Positions 24,872-38,182 are shown, counted from the whole stretch's first letter. The stretch: DNA of 63,077 bases, filler included, from Reclinomonas americana ATCC 50394 (GCA_048213135.1; 20 parts of 20 records of this genome joined end to end with filler, not necessarily neighbours in it); one strand, 5' to 3'. Made by a program: numbers and translations. The notes: a model not told the origin generated them from the sequence alone.

Positions 24872-27275
24872 ACAAGAGCCTCAGCAGCAGGCCATGACGC
24901 ATCACATTCCATGTCAGTGTTCAAACGAGTGGATATCGAGGTGCGCAATAGATTAAAGAATGCTCTCACAACGACGCAGCCACATCAATACTCGCACACG
25001 AACAACCATGTCTATTGCCACGCCAGCCAGCCAACTCACCGCACGGAAGTCCAGTCCGCCAATGAAGATAAACGTCAGAATGCTACAATCCAACAAGAAT
25101 CAATACACATGCACCCACAGCAGCGATCGCCAACAACGCAGACGAACCCTGCGAATAAGAACAAAGCGCACAGTCAGCAAATGCAGAAGAGTCGTTCTCT
25201 CGCGTGCTCGGTGAAGCAGAGTACGCTCTGTTTGCTACCTCCACCTCTTCCGTCACGCAGGCTTCTCCTTCGATCTCTCAACCTCCACCTCCTTGCTCCC
25301 TTATATTGTCTGCATCTCCATCTCCTCTCACTCGCATAGCATTCTCAAGTTCTCTCACCGAGTCCGTCTCTGCGTGCACACGCAGCTTCGTCGGTTTCTC
25401 CACTCTTCGTACACAGCATCCTCTGCACTCTCTATTCCCCTCCTCATGCAGTAGGAGTCGTCTCTCTCGTTTTCTCTCTCCTCTTCGTCACCTCCGTGCC
25501 TTCAAGTCCAGTGCTCTCGTGCGTCTCAGTGCAGATGCACAGCATTCTTCGCTCGCTCTCTCTCTCCCTCTCACGCACACACCAACACACACCTCTTCTT
25601 CTTCTTCTCTTCGCCGCCTCACTGCATTCTCTCCCTCGAACTCAGACAGACTCCTCCTTCACTCTCTCTTCTCCCTCTACGCTTCTATCTCCTCTCTCTC
25701 TCTCTCTGTCGCACATACACATCTTCTTCTTCTCTTCGCCGCCTCACTGCATTCACTCCCTCGCACTCAGACACGGACTCTTCTTTCGCTCTCCCTTCTC
25801 CCTCTTCGCTTCCATCTCCTCTCTCTCTCTCTCTCTCACACACATATTCTTCTCCTTCTTCTTCTTCGACTTCTCTTTGCCTTCACTTCCAGATAGCATC
25901 TCTGTGCAGATACACAGCATTCTCCGCTCTCTCTCTCTCTCTCACTGCATTCTCTCCGTCGCACTACGATAGTCTCTTATTTCGCTCCTCTCTCTATCCT
26001 TCACGCACACATCTTCTTCTTCGACTTCTCTTTGTCTCGACTGTCAGTGATCTCTCACTCAGCGAGTGCATCTCTGTGCAGATACACAGCTTCTTCTTTG
26101 CCCTCTCTCACTCTCTCTCACACACATGCACTCATCCCTGTTCCTCACTCACACTCACACACACTTGCAGACAGAACATTCTCTGACAATCAAACACTCA
26201 ATCTCCCCTCCACGTCTCTCATCCCCTCTCTCCCCACACCCTTTCCCCTCACACACACTCACCATCAGCTACACACACAATAGCCCGCAAGTCACACAAC
26301 ACGCGCAATGTCCGTCAGTGCACAACTGACACACACACGCACTCTCTCTCACACACACAGACCAATCATCGCAGCCGACGCGATCAAACCCTAACACACA
26401 GAGAGAGAGTGAGTCACGGAGAAACATACGAGTGTGTGTGAGAGTGTGTGTGAGAGCCGCTCACCAATATGCGAAGCATACGATCGCCCATGAACTGTTG
26501 AGAGACAAACGCACGTGTGTGTGAGTGAGTGTGTGTGTGAGAGAGAGAGAGCGTGTGAGTGAGTGACTTGCAAACCACAAAGGAATATACCACACAACAC
26601 AACACAACAAGTGGCGATTCTCTTCTCATGCACACACTCTTGCACACACACACACACTCACACACACACACACACACACTCACTCACTCACACACACACT
26701 CTCTCTCACACACACACACTTGCACACACACACATTTGCACATGTGCAGCGAAAGGAGAGACTTTGCAAGGTGCACTTAGGCGTCACCTTAGGCGTGATA
26801 AAGGCGTCGCCTTTACTATCGCCTGACAAGAACAGCCTGCACTCTCTCTCTCTCTCTCTCGCACACACACACACACTCAAACACACACGCACACACACAA
26901 AGGCGACTGCTGCACACACTTACAAAACATACCTTTTCCATGCATCCCATGATTGCTGCTCTTTACACACACACAAAGACACACAAATAGCGACAATCGA
27001 CGAAGTGTTGGCTAAGTCGATCGATTAACTCGACCGTGAAATTAACAGTGACTTTCATCTTGCATGCAAACGCCTTTGCCACTGCCCTCTGCCGCCGCCG
27101 CTGCATCAGCTGGTGCCTCTGCTGCTGCATCAGTGCCGTCGAATGTTTACACGGAAGCTGTGCGTTTGNNNNNNNNNNNNNNNNNNNNNNNNNNNNNNNN
27201 NNNNNNNNNNNNTTAATTAATTAANNNNNNNNNNNNNNNNNNNNNNNNNNNNNNNNNNNNNNNNNNNNTCTCTCT

Positions 27276-27357
<82 letters not shown>

Positions 27358-27813
27358 GTACGAGCATGCAGTCACTCTGTCTCACACTTGCACACTTTCT
27401 CTTGTGTGCAAAGTGAGAGAGTATGACACTGAGAGAGAATAAAGTGAGAGAGAATGAATGCTCTTTTTCTGTGTGTGTGTGTGCGTGTGTGTCTCTCTCT
27501 CGTGTGTGTGTGTGTGAGGGAGGGAGGAGCAGCAGCAAAGGTGGCCTTGTGTGACTGTCTCCCTCTCTTCTCTCCCTCTCTTCTCTCTCTGTGTGTGAAG
27601 GAGGGAGGAGCATGGCCTTGAGTGTGTCTGTCTCTCGCTCCTCTCTCCTTCGCTCTCACTCTCCCTCTCTCTGTGTGAGGAGGGAGTGGGGGATGAACAG
27701 AAGCGATGCCTTGTGTGACGGTCACGATTCTTCCTTCACTCTCTATGTTTTCTTCGTCGTTCTGATCGCCTCACTCCTCTTTATCTCCCTCTTCTCTCGC
27801 CTCTCTCTCTCTC

Positions 27814-27846
<33 letters not shown>

Positions 27847-27956
27847 ACTGTCCCTGCTTTTCTTTACAATCTCTGTTCCTTCTCGTATTCCTTTTCTCTC
27901 TGTTCGTCTCGTTGTTTCTTGTCTCCTGCTGCTCTCTCACTCTTTCACTCAGACGT

Positions 27957-27994
<38 letters not shown>

Positions 27995-28104
27995 CTTTTT
28001 ATTCGCATCTCCTCGGTTCTTCATTTTATTGCTTCTCTCTCTCTCCCCTTCCTCTCCTCCCTCCTCTCTCTCTCTCTCTCCCTCTGATGCACGCGCGTCC
28101 ACAG

Positions 28105-28475
28105 GTAAGCTCGGCGGTGGCAAGTCGGATGCGCTTAGTCGCGGGTTGAAGCGGCCGGGTGCGGCGGTGGATGAGAGCAGTCGTGTGTTGAAGGTGCCGC
28201 GGACTGCTGCACCAGTGGTGCCGCCGTCTTCTGTGTCGGCGACTGGAGCGTTGTTTATTCCGCCGACGACGGGTGCGCCACTGGCGACGGTGTCGTTGTT
28301 GCAGAGTGGAGGTCCCCCACCTGCGCTGTTGATGTCGTCATCGGGAGGGAGTGCGTCAAGTGCAAGTGCCGCAAAGCCATCGAGTTCTGCTGGCCGAGGT
28401 GGATTGGTGGCGGCACTGTTGGGAGGTGCGACGGTGAGTAAGTTGCAGCAGCCTCAGCCGCCAGCGCCAAGGTAG
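28105..28475 (+). CDS. Terminal exon of an unknown Ser/Ala/Pro-rich protein
   Basis: Pyrimidine tract and AG acceptor followed by a GC-rich open frame (GKLGGGKSDALSRGLKRPG...PPAPR*). Confidence 0.5.
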
Positions 28476-28720
28476 TTAGCTGGAGTGAAGGGCGAGCTGT
28501 TGTTGTATGGGAGAAATCCATCTGGGCCAAGCAGGTGTCAGTGTGGTTGGTTACGAGCTGCTTTGTGATGTAGCTGCGGAGCGCACACCAAATGGACCAA
28601 GCTGAACGATCCACACGCCAGCGAGGCGCCCGCGCAGATCGCTAAATGCAGGCACACAACTTCTCTGAAAAAAGGCACTCTTGGACTCCAGCCTTCTCCC
28701 ATAGCTTCGGTTTACGCGTC

Positions 28721-31700
28721 TCACAAAGTCACAGTGGCACGGGCGACCTGGCCGAGATTCCCGTTCCAGATGAGGTACTCGCCGCTGAATAGTTGGTGCT
28801 CGATGGTGACTGGTGGCATCTTGCCGGCGCCCGTACAGACGACGGAGCGCGGTAGGAGTTGCAGCCCGGTGGCGGTGCGATTGGAGACGCGGAAGTTGAG
28901 CTGCAGAAGAGGACAGGATGAGAATGAAGAAGGCAGACAAGGGTTGCGACCTGCGCTCAGTCTCTCACCCCTTTCTCTTTCCCTCCCTTCTCTCCCCCCT
29001 CCTCCCTCCCCCCCCCCCCCCCCTTCCCCCCTCTTCCCCCCTCCCACCTTAATGTACGCATTATTGCCGGAGATAAACGGATCATCGTGTGAATCCCCCG
29101 GCACCAAATCGTACTGCACAGACGCCGGGAGCGCCAGCTCCAGCGTCTTGGGCGCCAGCTTCTTGCCGCCGCCTGCGCCACACTCACTCGTCAGCAACAA
29201 GAAAAGTGAAGAAATCACCCTGCTGAATGGATACGCACCGAGTCTCCACAACAGGCCACTCTTGTCGGGCTCCACCAGAAGCTGGCCGGCCGACGGATTG
29301 GCGTCCACGGCGCGGACCTTCCGCCTGTATTTTCTCCACGTGAGATCATTCGCCCTCTCGTTTGTGCCTCCACAAAGACGCAACTGGCTGCCGAACGGAA
29401 TGGAGACCTCGAAAATGTCAAAATCGTTGCGCAAGTCCTCGCGGATCTTGAGCTGCACGAGCAGGCGCAGGACGGAGCTGTCGGGAACGTCCTGCTCGAC
29501 AAACACCATGAGAACGCACGCACTCCTGCTGAAAGAGGCAAGAGCGCGAAACCTTGAGCTGGTAAAATCCACGAATCGGCAACTGATCGAGGCGCGACGA
29601 GGTGTACACGACAAGGTCGGCGGCGTCGAGTGGCGGGTTGAAGACGAGTTTGATGGGGTTGGCGCTCATGTGGGGGCGCGGCTCGGCGCCCGACGTCTCG
29701 CACGGGTGCACGACGAATTCGTCGAATTGGCCCGAGTGGTCGATGGTGAGGGCCACGGTTGATTGGCCCTCGATGCTGGACTGTGGGGAGGGAAAGGGAG
29801 GGTGAGGGGAGGAGAAGGGGAAGGGGGAGGGGGGCGCTAGAGGAAGAGGAGAGCGAGAGGGAGAACGAGAGGGGAAAGCGAGAGGAGGGGCAAGGTGGGG
29901 CGAGGAGGAGCGCGAGAAGCGAGGGGAAGAGACGACGAAGAAACGCAAGTGCGAGTAAAAATGAACGAAATCGTCACTCGACATCGCGAGGTGAGGCGTC
30001 CACTTGCAGGCACAGAGAAAATGAGTGAACATACGAAGAAAGCTGATGACAGGTGGAAGATGGTCGTGCGAGAAAGACGGGAAATGTGCGAATGGCACGC
30101 AGAGTAGAGGACAGGAGCGGAGTGACCCGGGAAGGGAAGCACCAGCAAGACGTGTCGCCCCTCCACGGAAGAAGTCACGACATAAAGATAACGCGTCAGA
30201 AAACAGAGCAGTCACACTGCCTCTTGCCCTCACTCTTTCTCTCACTCCCTCTCTCCTTCTCCGGTGTCTCTTTTTCTCTTCCCTCTCTCTTCCGTACTTC
30301 CATCACCCTCCCTCTCTCCTTCCCTGCTCCCTCTCTCTTTAAGGTCTTCCTTCTCCTTCTCTCTCTCTCTCTCTCTCTGCCCCCGCTCCCCTCCCTGTCC
30401 CTCCCTCGCCTATATGTCAACAAAGAAGACAGAAGATTCGAACTGGCCCTGACCCTCTCTTTTTCCCTTCCCTCCCTCACAATTTCCTCCCCCCTTCCCT
30501 TTTCCACCCCCTTTCCCCAATTTGCCCTCCCACGCAACTCGACACACCACACACCCCTCCACTCGACACACATCGGGGCTGTCGCGCACATCATACTGCA
30601 CTGCCGAGATCACCTCGCGCACTTGAATCGTGCACGCGCTCTTGCCCTGGTGCAGCAGGGGCTTCCACGCCGCTCTCTGCGAATGCCGTAAGAGAGAATG
30701 GAAATCAATGACGCTTCCTCTTCCACTCTTGCCTCACCCTCTGCTCGAGTGGATCATTCTCCGGAAAACGGTACGAGTAATTGAGTTCCGCCACACGGTA
30801 GTCCGACAGAATCGGGCGCCCGAACGGCATGATGGTGTTGAGCAGGCCGTACATGTCGCCGACGGCCTTCTCCGTCCAGTGTGCCTGTATAAGAGGAGAA
30901 GGATTGAGAAGAAAGACAACGACGACGCAGAGAGGACATAAAGACGACCAACCAAGCTCGGAACGCGTGACATGAACGCTGCCGAGACCACTTGCAGAGC
31001 GGCGTGCACCACGGCCAGCGTGCTGTCGAGGGGGAGAGTGAGGGAGAGGAGCCAAACAGGAAGCGGCAGAAGTGAGACGCACCCCATCTCCTCCACAGGA
31101 TCCACCGGCTGGCACGCGTAACAACCGAAAACACGGTAGTGTGGCTGCGGCGAGCGAGAAAGGGAGAAGAGAGAGTGAGTTCAAGGCACTGGGAAAGAGC
31201 AAAAGAACAGGAGGTACGTTCTCTCTCTCGCGCGCGAGCTTCTCCTCTGCCTCTTCCTCTCCATCATCACAAGCTTCTTCCGAGAAACAAGGTAAGATGC
31301 ACTGAAAAGAGGAGACAAAGAGAGAAAGAGANNNNNNNNNNNNNNNNNNNNNNNNNNNNNNNNNNNNNNNNNNNNTTAATTAATTAANNNNNNNNNNNNN
31401 NNNNNNNNNNNNNNNNNNNNNNNNNNNNNNNGACGACCCTTCTCCTTCATGCACCTCCTCCTCACCCGCCACCTCGCCACTCGCCTGCTGTCGCCGCAAC
31501 AATCCCGCAGAGAACAGATTCCACTCATCACCTGCACTCTCCACTGATGCGCCCAGTGCAAACACACACGATGCGTGCTGCGCGGCCTCCCAGAATGCCT
31601 CACTCACTGATGCAGTAGCTGATGCAGTGGTGGATGCGGCGGGTAGTGCCAAGCGGAATGGGCGTATCACTGGTGGTGATTGTGAAGGAGGAGGGCGTGT

Positions 31701-31844
31701 GGAGGAAGAGGAGGAGACTGTGGGGGAGAAGACGGTGTTGGAGACGCGTGTGCGACGGGCGCCGGTGAGTGGGAAGTCGCGGGCGATGATGACTTGGCCT
31801 TGCGCGTGGTCGGTGATGAGCAGGCATTCCAGTCGCGGTTCCAT
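28721..31844 (-). CDS. AP5M1: AP-5 complex subunit mu (mu homology domain), multi-exon, spans gap
   Basis: Exon motifs IMPFGRP, AAWKPLLHQGK...VREVISAVQYDVRDSPD, VVHPC...FNPPL...LPIRGFYQL, FEVSIPF and SGEYLIWN match AP5M hallmarks; N-terminus MEPRLECLLITDHAQGQVIIARDFP is longin-like. Confidence 0.85.
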
Positions 31845-31939
31845 TGTTGTAAAGATTGACTATGTCCTGCGATCGTTTTCGATTTCTGTGGTGGGAAGCG
31901 CAAGGACGACACGGCACCGTTGGTTGGTGGCGGACAACA

Positions 31940-32176
31940 CGAATTCATTCACCAACAAACAAGCAACAGCTGTCTTGATGACCAAGTTCAACCGTATCCA
32001 AAACATCAACACAAAACAAAACACTTCATTCACCACATTCCAATAATGCGATAAACGCCACAAATCCCTTGACGACAGTGACCTTGGCACACCAACAATA
32101 CACAAACACATAACTACTTCTCCAATAGTCATCTTCCCTTTCAGGAGGCAAAGCCAATCAAACGCGTGTTGGCCTC
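31940..32176 (+). repeat. Dispersed repeat element (longest copy), upstream of AP5M
   Basis: Shares sequence with 50141-50295 (same strand), 14853-14907 and 942-992 (opposite strand); contains AGCCAATCA. Confidence 0.8.
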
Positions 32177-32432
32177 GAGATCACCAATCTTGAGGCAGCA
32201 GCAGGTTTCTTGTGTGTGTGTGTTCGCTCTCGGAGCTCCGAACAAGTCGAGAACTGCGATCTTCACCGCATGAGCGTGGTTGAACAGTGGATTTGACACA
32301 CTTGCATAGACGCATAGCGTTTTCTGCGAAGTTGTTCAGCTGTCTGATGGGGTGTCGACCTCCCTGACGTCGCAACCGTTTCCGCTGCGTATTAGCTGCA
32401 ACCGCGTCACTCACTTTGCCCTACATTTCTAC

Positions 32433-34267
32433 TCAATCCGCCTCCTCGTCCTCCTCCGCCTCCTCCTCCTCCTCCTCCTCCTCCTCCTCCTCCTCCTCCT
32501 CCTCCTCCTCCTCCTCCTCCTCCTCCAGATCATCCTCCTTCTCCTCTTTCTTCACCACCTCCATCTTCACTGGCTTCTCGTCATCCAGCACTGCATCATG
32601 AACATGCTCGTCAGTGCGGATGCTGGCATGGCATGCAAACAACAGCACGTGTTCACAGGTTGGTGCATCGCGTTCGCTCACCATGGCCAGCACGTGCGAT
32701 CTCAGCCTTTGAGAGACAACCGTCTCGAACCAGAGTGGCCAGCAAGTCTGGATAGTTGTGCAGCAGATGCATGGCCTGTGTGACAAATGGCAGAAGAACA
32801 TTGGGCTTGCCATTCTTGTGCGTCAGCGTTGCTGATTCCTGTCACCCGAGAAACGAGAAAGTGAGTCAAGAGTCATGGGTACATGACAGCACACGCAACC
32901 ATTGTACACATGCCTCTGAGTGCCCACATTCATCGATCACAATCAGTGGCCTCTCGACAACATCCACCAGCTCAGCTCCCCGAAGACCACTCCTCTGATG
33001 GTAACATCCACGTCGAAGTTGAGTCAGGTGCTACGCACATAAAACTCGGAGGGATACTGAAATAACACCTCGACACTCACCTCTATGAAGTTGCTCATGC
33101 TCTCGAGAACGCCCTCAACTGACTTGGGCGTCTTTTTACGTGCCGTGTCGGCACTATTGGCAAGACTCTTGATGAATGCAGACATGACTGTGGATGACGG
33201 ACAGCCTGGTCCCTCCGACGGTATTCCGCAATCGTCACATGCAAGTTGGAAGAGAATGCGTTGATGATGGAGGACAGTGGATGCCAGCACCACGGATGCC
33301 ATGAGGCCGAATGCCTTCACCAGAATCCTCTTTTTGCTGCAGCGCTGCATCCAAGTATGATGGGTGAATGGGAGCGAGAAACGAATGGCAGCATCGTCTG
33401 CGACAGGCAACAACACGCAACAAGCAGTTTCGCCAACATCAATTGCTCGTTGACGCTCAACTTCGCAGCATCAATCTTGCGGCGCTGTGAAACACAAGCC
33501 ACGCAGTGTTGAGAAGACAAATCTCGTGCATCACATAGAAAGCAGCGTCGGGCGTACCTTCTCTCCATTCGCGTGATCATCCTCATTCTCGATGTCGTCA
33601 TCATCTTCCTGCTCTTCCTCCCTCTCCTCCTCTTTCTTCACTATCTCCATCTCCCTCATGGCTGTTCGCTTCCTTGTCAGCACATAATGCACTGTGCAGC
33701 CTCGAAGACAAGCAGCCAAACCTCGTTCCCTGCACCACTCGACGGCACGTGCAATCTCCGCCTCCGACAAACAGCCGTCTCGAAGCAGAGCGGCCAGCAG
33801 GTCTGGACAGCTGAGGAGAGTCTGCCTGGCCTGCGTGACGAATGGCAGAAGAGCATTGGAAGCGCCTCCCCTCTGCGACTTTGCTGCTGATTCCTACCAT
33901 CCGAGCCACAGCATTGTGAGCCAGCTTTCAATGACGCACATCCGCACACACACAATTTCACACGCGCCTGAGCATGGCCACACGCGTCAATCACAATCAA
34001 TGGCCTCTCGACAACATCCACCAGCTCAGCTCCCCGAAGACCACTCCTCTGATGGTGACATCCACGTCGAAGTTGAGTCAGGTACTACGCACATACCAAT
34101 CGGAAAGACACTGAAACAACACACCGGCACTCACCTCGATGAAGTTGCTTATGCTCTCGAGAACGCCCTCAACTGACTTGGGCGTCTCGCTGCGTGCCTG
34201 GTGGGCACTACTAGCAAGACTCTTGCTGAATGCAGACATGACTGCGGCTGAAGGGCAGCCTGGTCCC
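32433..34267 (-). CDS. Unknown multi-exon protein with a duplicated module, each copy followed by an acidic tract; partial
   Basis: Two copies about 1.05 kb apart: GPGCPS..VMSAF.KSLA...PKSVEGVLES.SNFIE / RSGLRGAELVDVVERPLIVID.CGH / LLPFVTQA..L...PDLLA.L.RDGCLS.AEIARA, with the same intron positions. Confidence 0.6.
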
Positions 34268-34612
34268 NNNNNNNNNNNNNNNNNNNNNNNNNNNNNNNNN
34301 NNNNNNNNNNNTTAATTAATTAANNNNNNNNNNNNNNNNNNNNNNNNNNNNNNNNNNNNNNNNNNNNGTCCTCGTCTCGTCCTCCTCCTCCCTCCTCTCT
34401 CTCTCCTCCTCTCTCTCTCTCTCTCTGTTGTGGTCTGTAGGTGCCTGCAAGTCGGCCTTAGTGTCACTTAAAGTGCTTTAGGCGTCCCCTTCTCTGTGCC
34501 TCTCTCTTGCATGCTTGCAGTCTGTGACACCACAGAGTCTCTGCTCTTCTCTCCGCTTTTCTCTCTCTCTCTCTGCTTCTCTCTCTCTCTCTCTCTGCCT
34601 CTCTCTCTCTCA

Positions 34613-34718
34613 CCTGAAGATCCAATGTCACGCTGCTTGCGATGTGGGAAGTAGAAGACGCCGTGACCGCGTTCTTCCTCAATAATCGGGTCCTTCTTTG
34701 GTGGCTGCATGCACAGAT

Positions 34719-34757
<39 letters not shown>

Positions 34758-34918
34758 ATAAGAAGAAGAAGAAAGAAGAAAGAAGAAGGCCACAGACTGC
34801 AAGTGCGTGAGACAGAGAGGAGGCACAGACTGCAAGAGTGAGAGACAGTGAGTGAGCAGAGAGAGAGAGAGAGAGCAGAGAGCAGAGAGAGACTTCGTGA
34901 GTCGCCTTCGCTCACCAT
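34613..34918 (-). CDS. 5' exons of a small protein, possibly MORN-repeat type
   Basis: ATG|GTGAGC intron, then exon PPKKDPIIEEERGHGVFYFPHRKQRDIGSS|GTGAG; GHGVFYFP resembles a MORN repeat end. Confidence 0.35.
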
Positions 34919-35052
34919 AACTGATTGTGTGCTCGCTTACTTCGATTTGTCCATCAATGATTTCTCAAGCATTTTTTCATGTATTATGCTCTCCCCCCTT
35001 TCTGCGACTTTATAGAGGGGAGGATGATATGTTTCTGTTTGCGTGTGTATGT

Positions 35053-35970
35053 CTACTCGCGGTCTGGGTCCGGCGGTGGCACGTACTTGAAGTTCTCCGC
35101 GTAGCTCTTGTCTTGCACGTTCATCTCGTGTGGCTCGTCGACCTCGTAGGCCCAGCCTGTGAAATGGGGGAAGGGATATTAGGAGAAGGGATGAAATGAA
35201 AGTCAATTGATACGGCACACAGGAAAGAATGCGACCGAGAGAGGAATAGACAAACATGCAAGGCGCCAGAGTGCAAAGCTTGTCAGCAACCAACTAATCG
35301 AAGAGAGAGATAATGAGCATTCCAAGACCATCGGAGAAGCAACCGCAAGGAATGTGACCAATTATCTGAGACAGAGAGAGGAATAGACAAACATGCAAGG
35401 CGCCAGAGTGCAACGCTTGTCAGCAACGAACTAATCGAAGAGAGAGATAATGAGCATTCCAAGACCATCGGAGAAGCAACCGCAAGGAATGTGACCAATT
35501 ATCTCAGACAGAGAGAGGAATAGACAAACACGCAAGGCGTCAGAGTGCAACGCTTGTCAGCAACCAACTAATCGAAGAGAGAGATAATGAGCGTTCCAAG
35601 ACCATTGGAGAAGCAACCGCAAGGAATGTGGCCAATTAACTGAGACAGAGAGAGGAATAGACAAACATGCAAGGCGCCAGAGTGCAACGCTTGTCAGCAA
35701 CCAACTAATCGAAGAGAGAGATAATGAGCGTTCCAAGAGCATCGGAGAAGTAACCGACAACACGAGCTGAAACTGACGAAACCGAGGCACAGCGAACAAG
35801 TTCGAGAAAGGAACTGCCCCAGCGAGAATGCACGCTTGATCTGAACAGTGCAACAAGCAACAGAGAGAGAGACAAGACCATTGGAGAGGCAGATGCAACG
35901 AGAAAAACAGGCATTGACGTGCATGTCCACACGAGAAACGAATGCCGCAACCCATCTCCGCATCGGACAT
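35053..35970 (-). CDS. NDUFS4: Mitochondrial complex I subunit NDUFS4, last exon plus end of previous exon
   Basis: Exon 35053-35156 GWAYEVDEPHEMNVQDKSYAENFKYVPPP* resembles NDUFS4 GW.Y.V.EP......KSYA.NF; upstream donor at 35951. Confidence 0.75.
35232..35760. repeat. Minisatellite, about 138 bp unit, about 4 copies, in NDUFS4 intron
   Basis: Near-identical units cgccagagtgcaacgcttgtcagcaaccaactaatcgaagagagagataatgagc... Confidence 0.92.
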
Positions 35971-36213
35971 GGTGAAGGGGAANNNNNNNNNNNNNNNNNN
36001 NNNNNNNNNNNNNNNNNNNNNNNNNNTTAATTAATTAANNNNNNNNNNNNNNNNNNNNNNNNNNNNNNNNNNNNNNNNNNNNCTTTCTGTCTTCTCTCGC
36101 TGTACGTGCTCGGTTTCCGTATCCAATGCCCTCTTGCGTCACAGCTCCGTCTTCATACCCTCTCTCTCTTCCCTCCCACCCTCTCACACTCATTTCCCTT
36201 TCTCGTTGCACAG

Positions 36214-37113
36214 ACGAACGACGAGAACTGCACCTGCTGTACAAGCAATTCAAGGTACGCCACCTCCTCTGCCCCCTCGCACCTCCCTCTCCTCACAACC
36301 TCTTCTCTCCACAGGAGGAGGCACCCACCGGCAAACTGTCAAGAAAGGATTTCAGAGTGCGTCACCATCATCCTTCCCTCCTTCCTCCCGCTCTCCCTCT
36401 CTCAACCCCTTCTCCCTTCACAGGCCCTCACCGCCACCATTGGCATCAGCGACACATTCATCACCGACATTATCTTCTCCGCCTTTGACACCAAGCAGGA
36501 CGGCACGATCGAATTCAGCGAGTTCATCACCGTCATGAGCGTGCTCACCCGCGGCTCGTCGGAGGAGAAGCTGCACTGTTGCGTGCGGATTGGGGAGGAG
36601 TGACAGGGCCTGATGCTGACTGCATGATTGTGGCAGTTGCATTCCGCCTGTACGATCTTGACGGCGATGGATTCATCTCAAAGGCCGAGATGCTGAAGGT
36701 TTGTACATGAGTATGTGCCTGTTAGTATGCATGTGGCACTGAGTGTGGGAGTGTTCGTGAGTGCGCGGGCGTGCTTGTTTATGTCTCTGTCCTTGTAATT
36801 ATGAGCACTCGTAAGTCCGCGCGTGGAGTGTTGCACATCGATGTCTGTGTTTGTGGAACGGGTGCGACAGATAGTTCCTGAGTATTTCGTAGTCCTTCTT
36901 GTGTGCACTGTTTCCGTATGGTTAAGCGTTTGAGAGATCGTGAGTGTTCGTGACAGCTGCGCTCCATGTGCGCCGCCAAGTGCGAGAGAGAGAGGGAGAG
37001 GGGGTTATCGCTGTCGAGCAAAGCACCCGACATTCATTTTCGTTCTCAACTGTCTCCCTCTTCCTTTCCTCTCTCTCTCTCTTGTGCGTGAAAGAGAGTG
37101 TGCGAATGTTTGG

Positions 37114-37187
<74 letters not shown>

Positions 37188-37500
37188 GTACGTACGTACG
37201 TACGTCGTCGTCGTGTCGCGCGACGTAGTACGTACGTAGTAAGTAGTTAGTACGTATTACGTTACGTACTACGTAGTACGAACGNNNNNNNNNNNNNNNN
37301 NNNNNNNNNNNNNNNNNNNNNNNNNNNNTTAATTAATTAANNNNNNNNNNNNNNNNNNNNNNNNNNNNNNNNNNNNNNNNNNNNGGTTAGGTTAGGTTAG
37401 GTTAGGTTAGGTAGGTTAGGGTTAGGTTAGGTTAGGTTAGGTTAGGTTAGGTTAGGGTTAGGGTTAGGTTAGGTAGGTAGGTAGGTAGGTAGGTAGGTAG

Positions 37501-37557
<57 letters not shown>

Positions 37558-38182
37558 ACACGTAGTGTCCGCATTCGTGCGGCAATGACTTCGAGAAAGT
37601 TGTTGAATATTCGTAGTCATGTCTAAGGCAAGCATACATACAAGAGACGAGAAGAAAATGAAAGGGCAGATAGACAGCCACACCTGCTGCAGACGCTGAA
37701 CGTGCCGATGTCAGCAAAGGCAGAGAGAACATGAAGAAAAAGAGAGCGAGTGAGACAGGAAAAACAGAACACTTACAGAGAATTCTTGAGGTGTCTGTCT
37801 CTTTGTCTCTACTGTCTACATTCACACGAACTAGGACATGAGGAAGAAGTCCTTCACAATTGAATGCTCTCTCTCTCTCTCTCTCTCTTCATCAATTTCC
37901 CTTCCCCTCTTACCCCTTCCCCTCTTACCCCTTCCCCTCTCACCCCCTTCCCCTCTCACCCCCTTGCCCCCCCCACCCCCTCCTCAGGTCGTGGAAAGCC
38001 TCTACTCCCTCCTCGGCGACCTCACGGCGCTGCAGGGCGAGGAATGCGACACCCCCGAAAAGCTGGTGAACAGAATCTTTGCGGAGATGGATCTCGACAA
38101 GGACAATCGGCTGTCGTTCGACGAGTACCGCTCCGGCGCCTTCAAGGACTCGAGCATTGTCAAGGCATTGGCACTGTTCTGA
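36214..38182 (+). CDS. Neuronal calcium sensor/frequenin-family EF-hand protein; 5' end probably in gap
   Basis: Five exons give ERRELHLLYKQFKEEAPTGKLSRKDF...FDTKQDGTIEFSEF...[29 protein letters not shown]...MDLDKDNRLSFDEY...ALALF*. Confidence 0.93.
37385..37503 (+). repeat. (TTAGG)n with TTAGGG variants grading into (TAGG)n
   Basis: Read directly; lies inside the last NCS-1 intron, next to a gap. Confidence 0.9.

Noticed and set aside
37184..37284. TACG-rich tract
   Set aside because: Matches pyrosequencing flow-order noise at a contig end.
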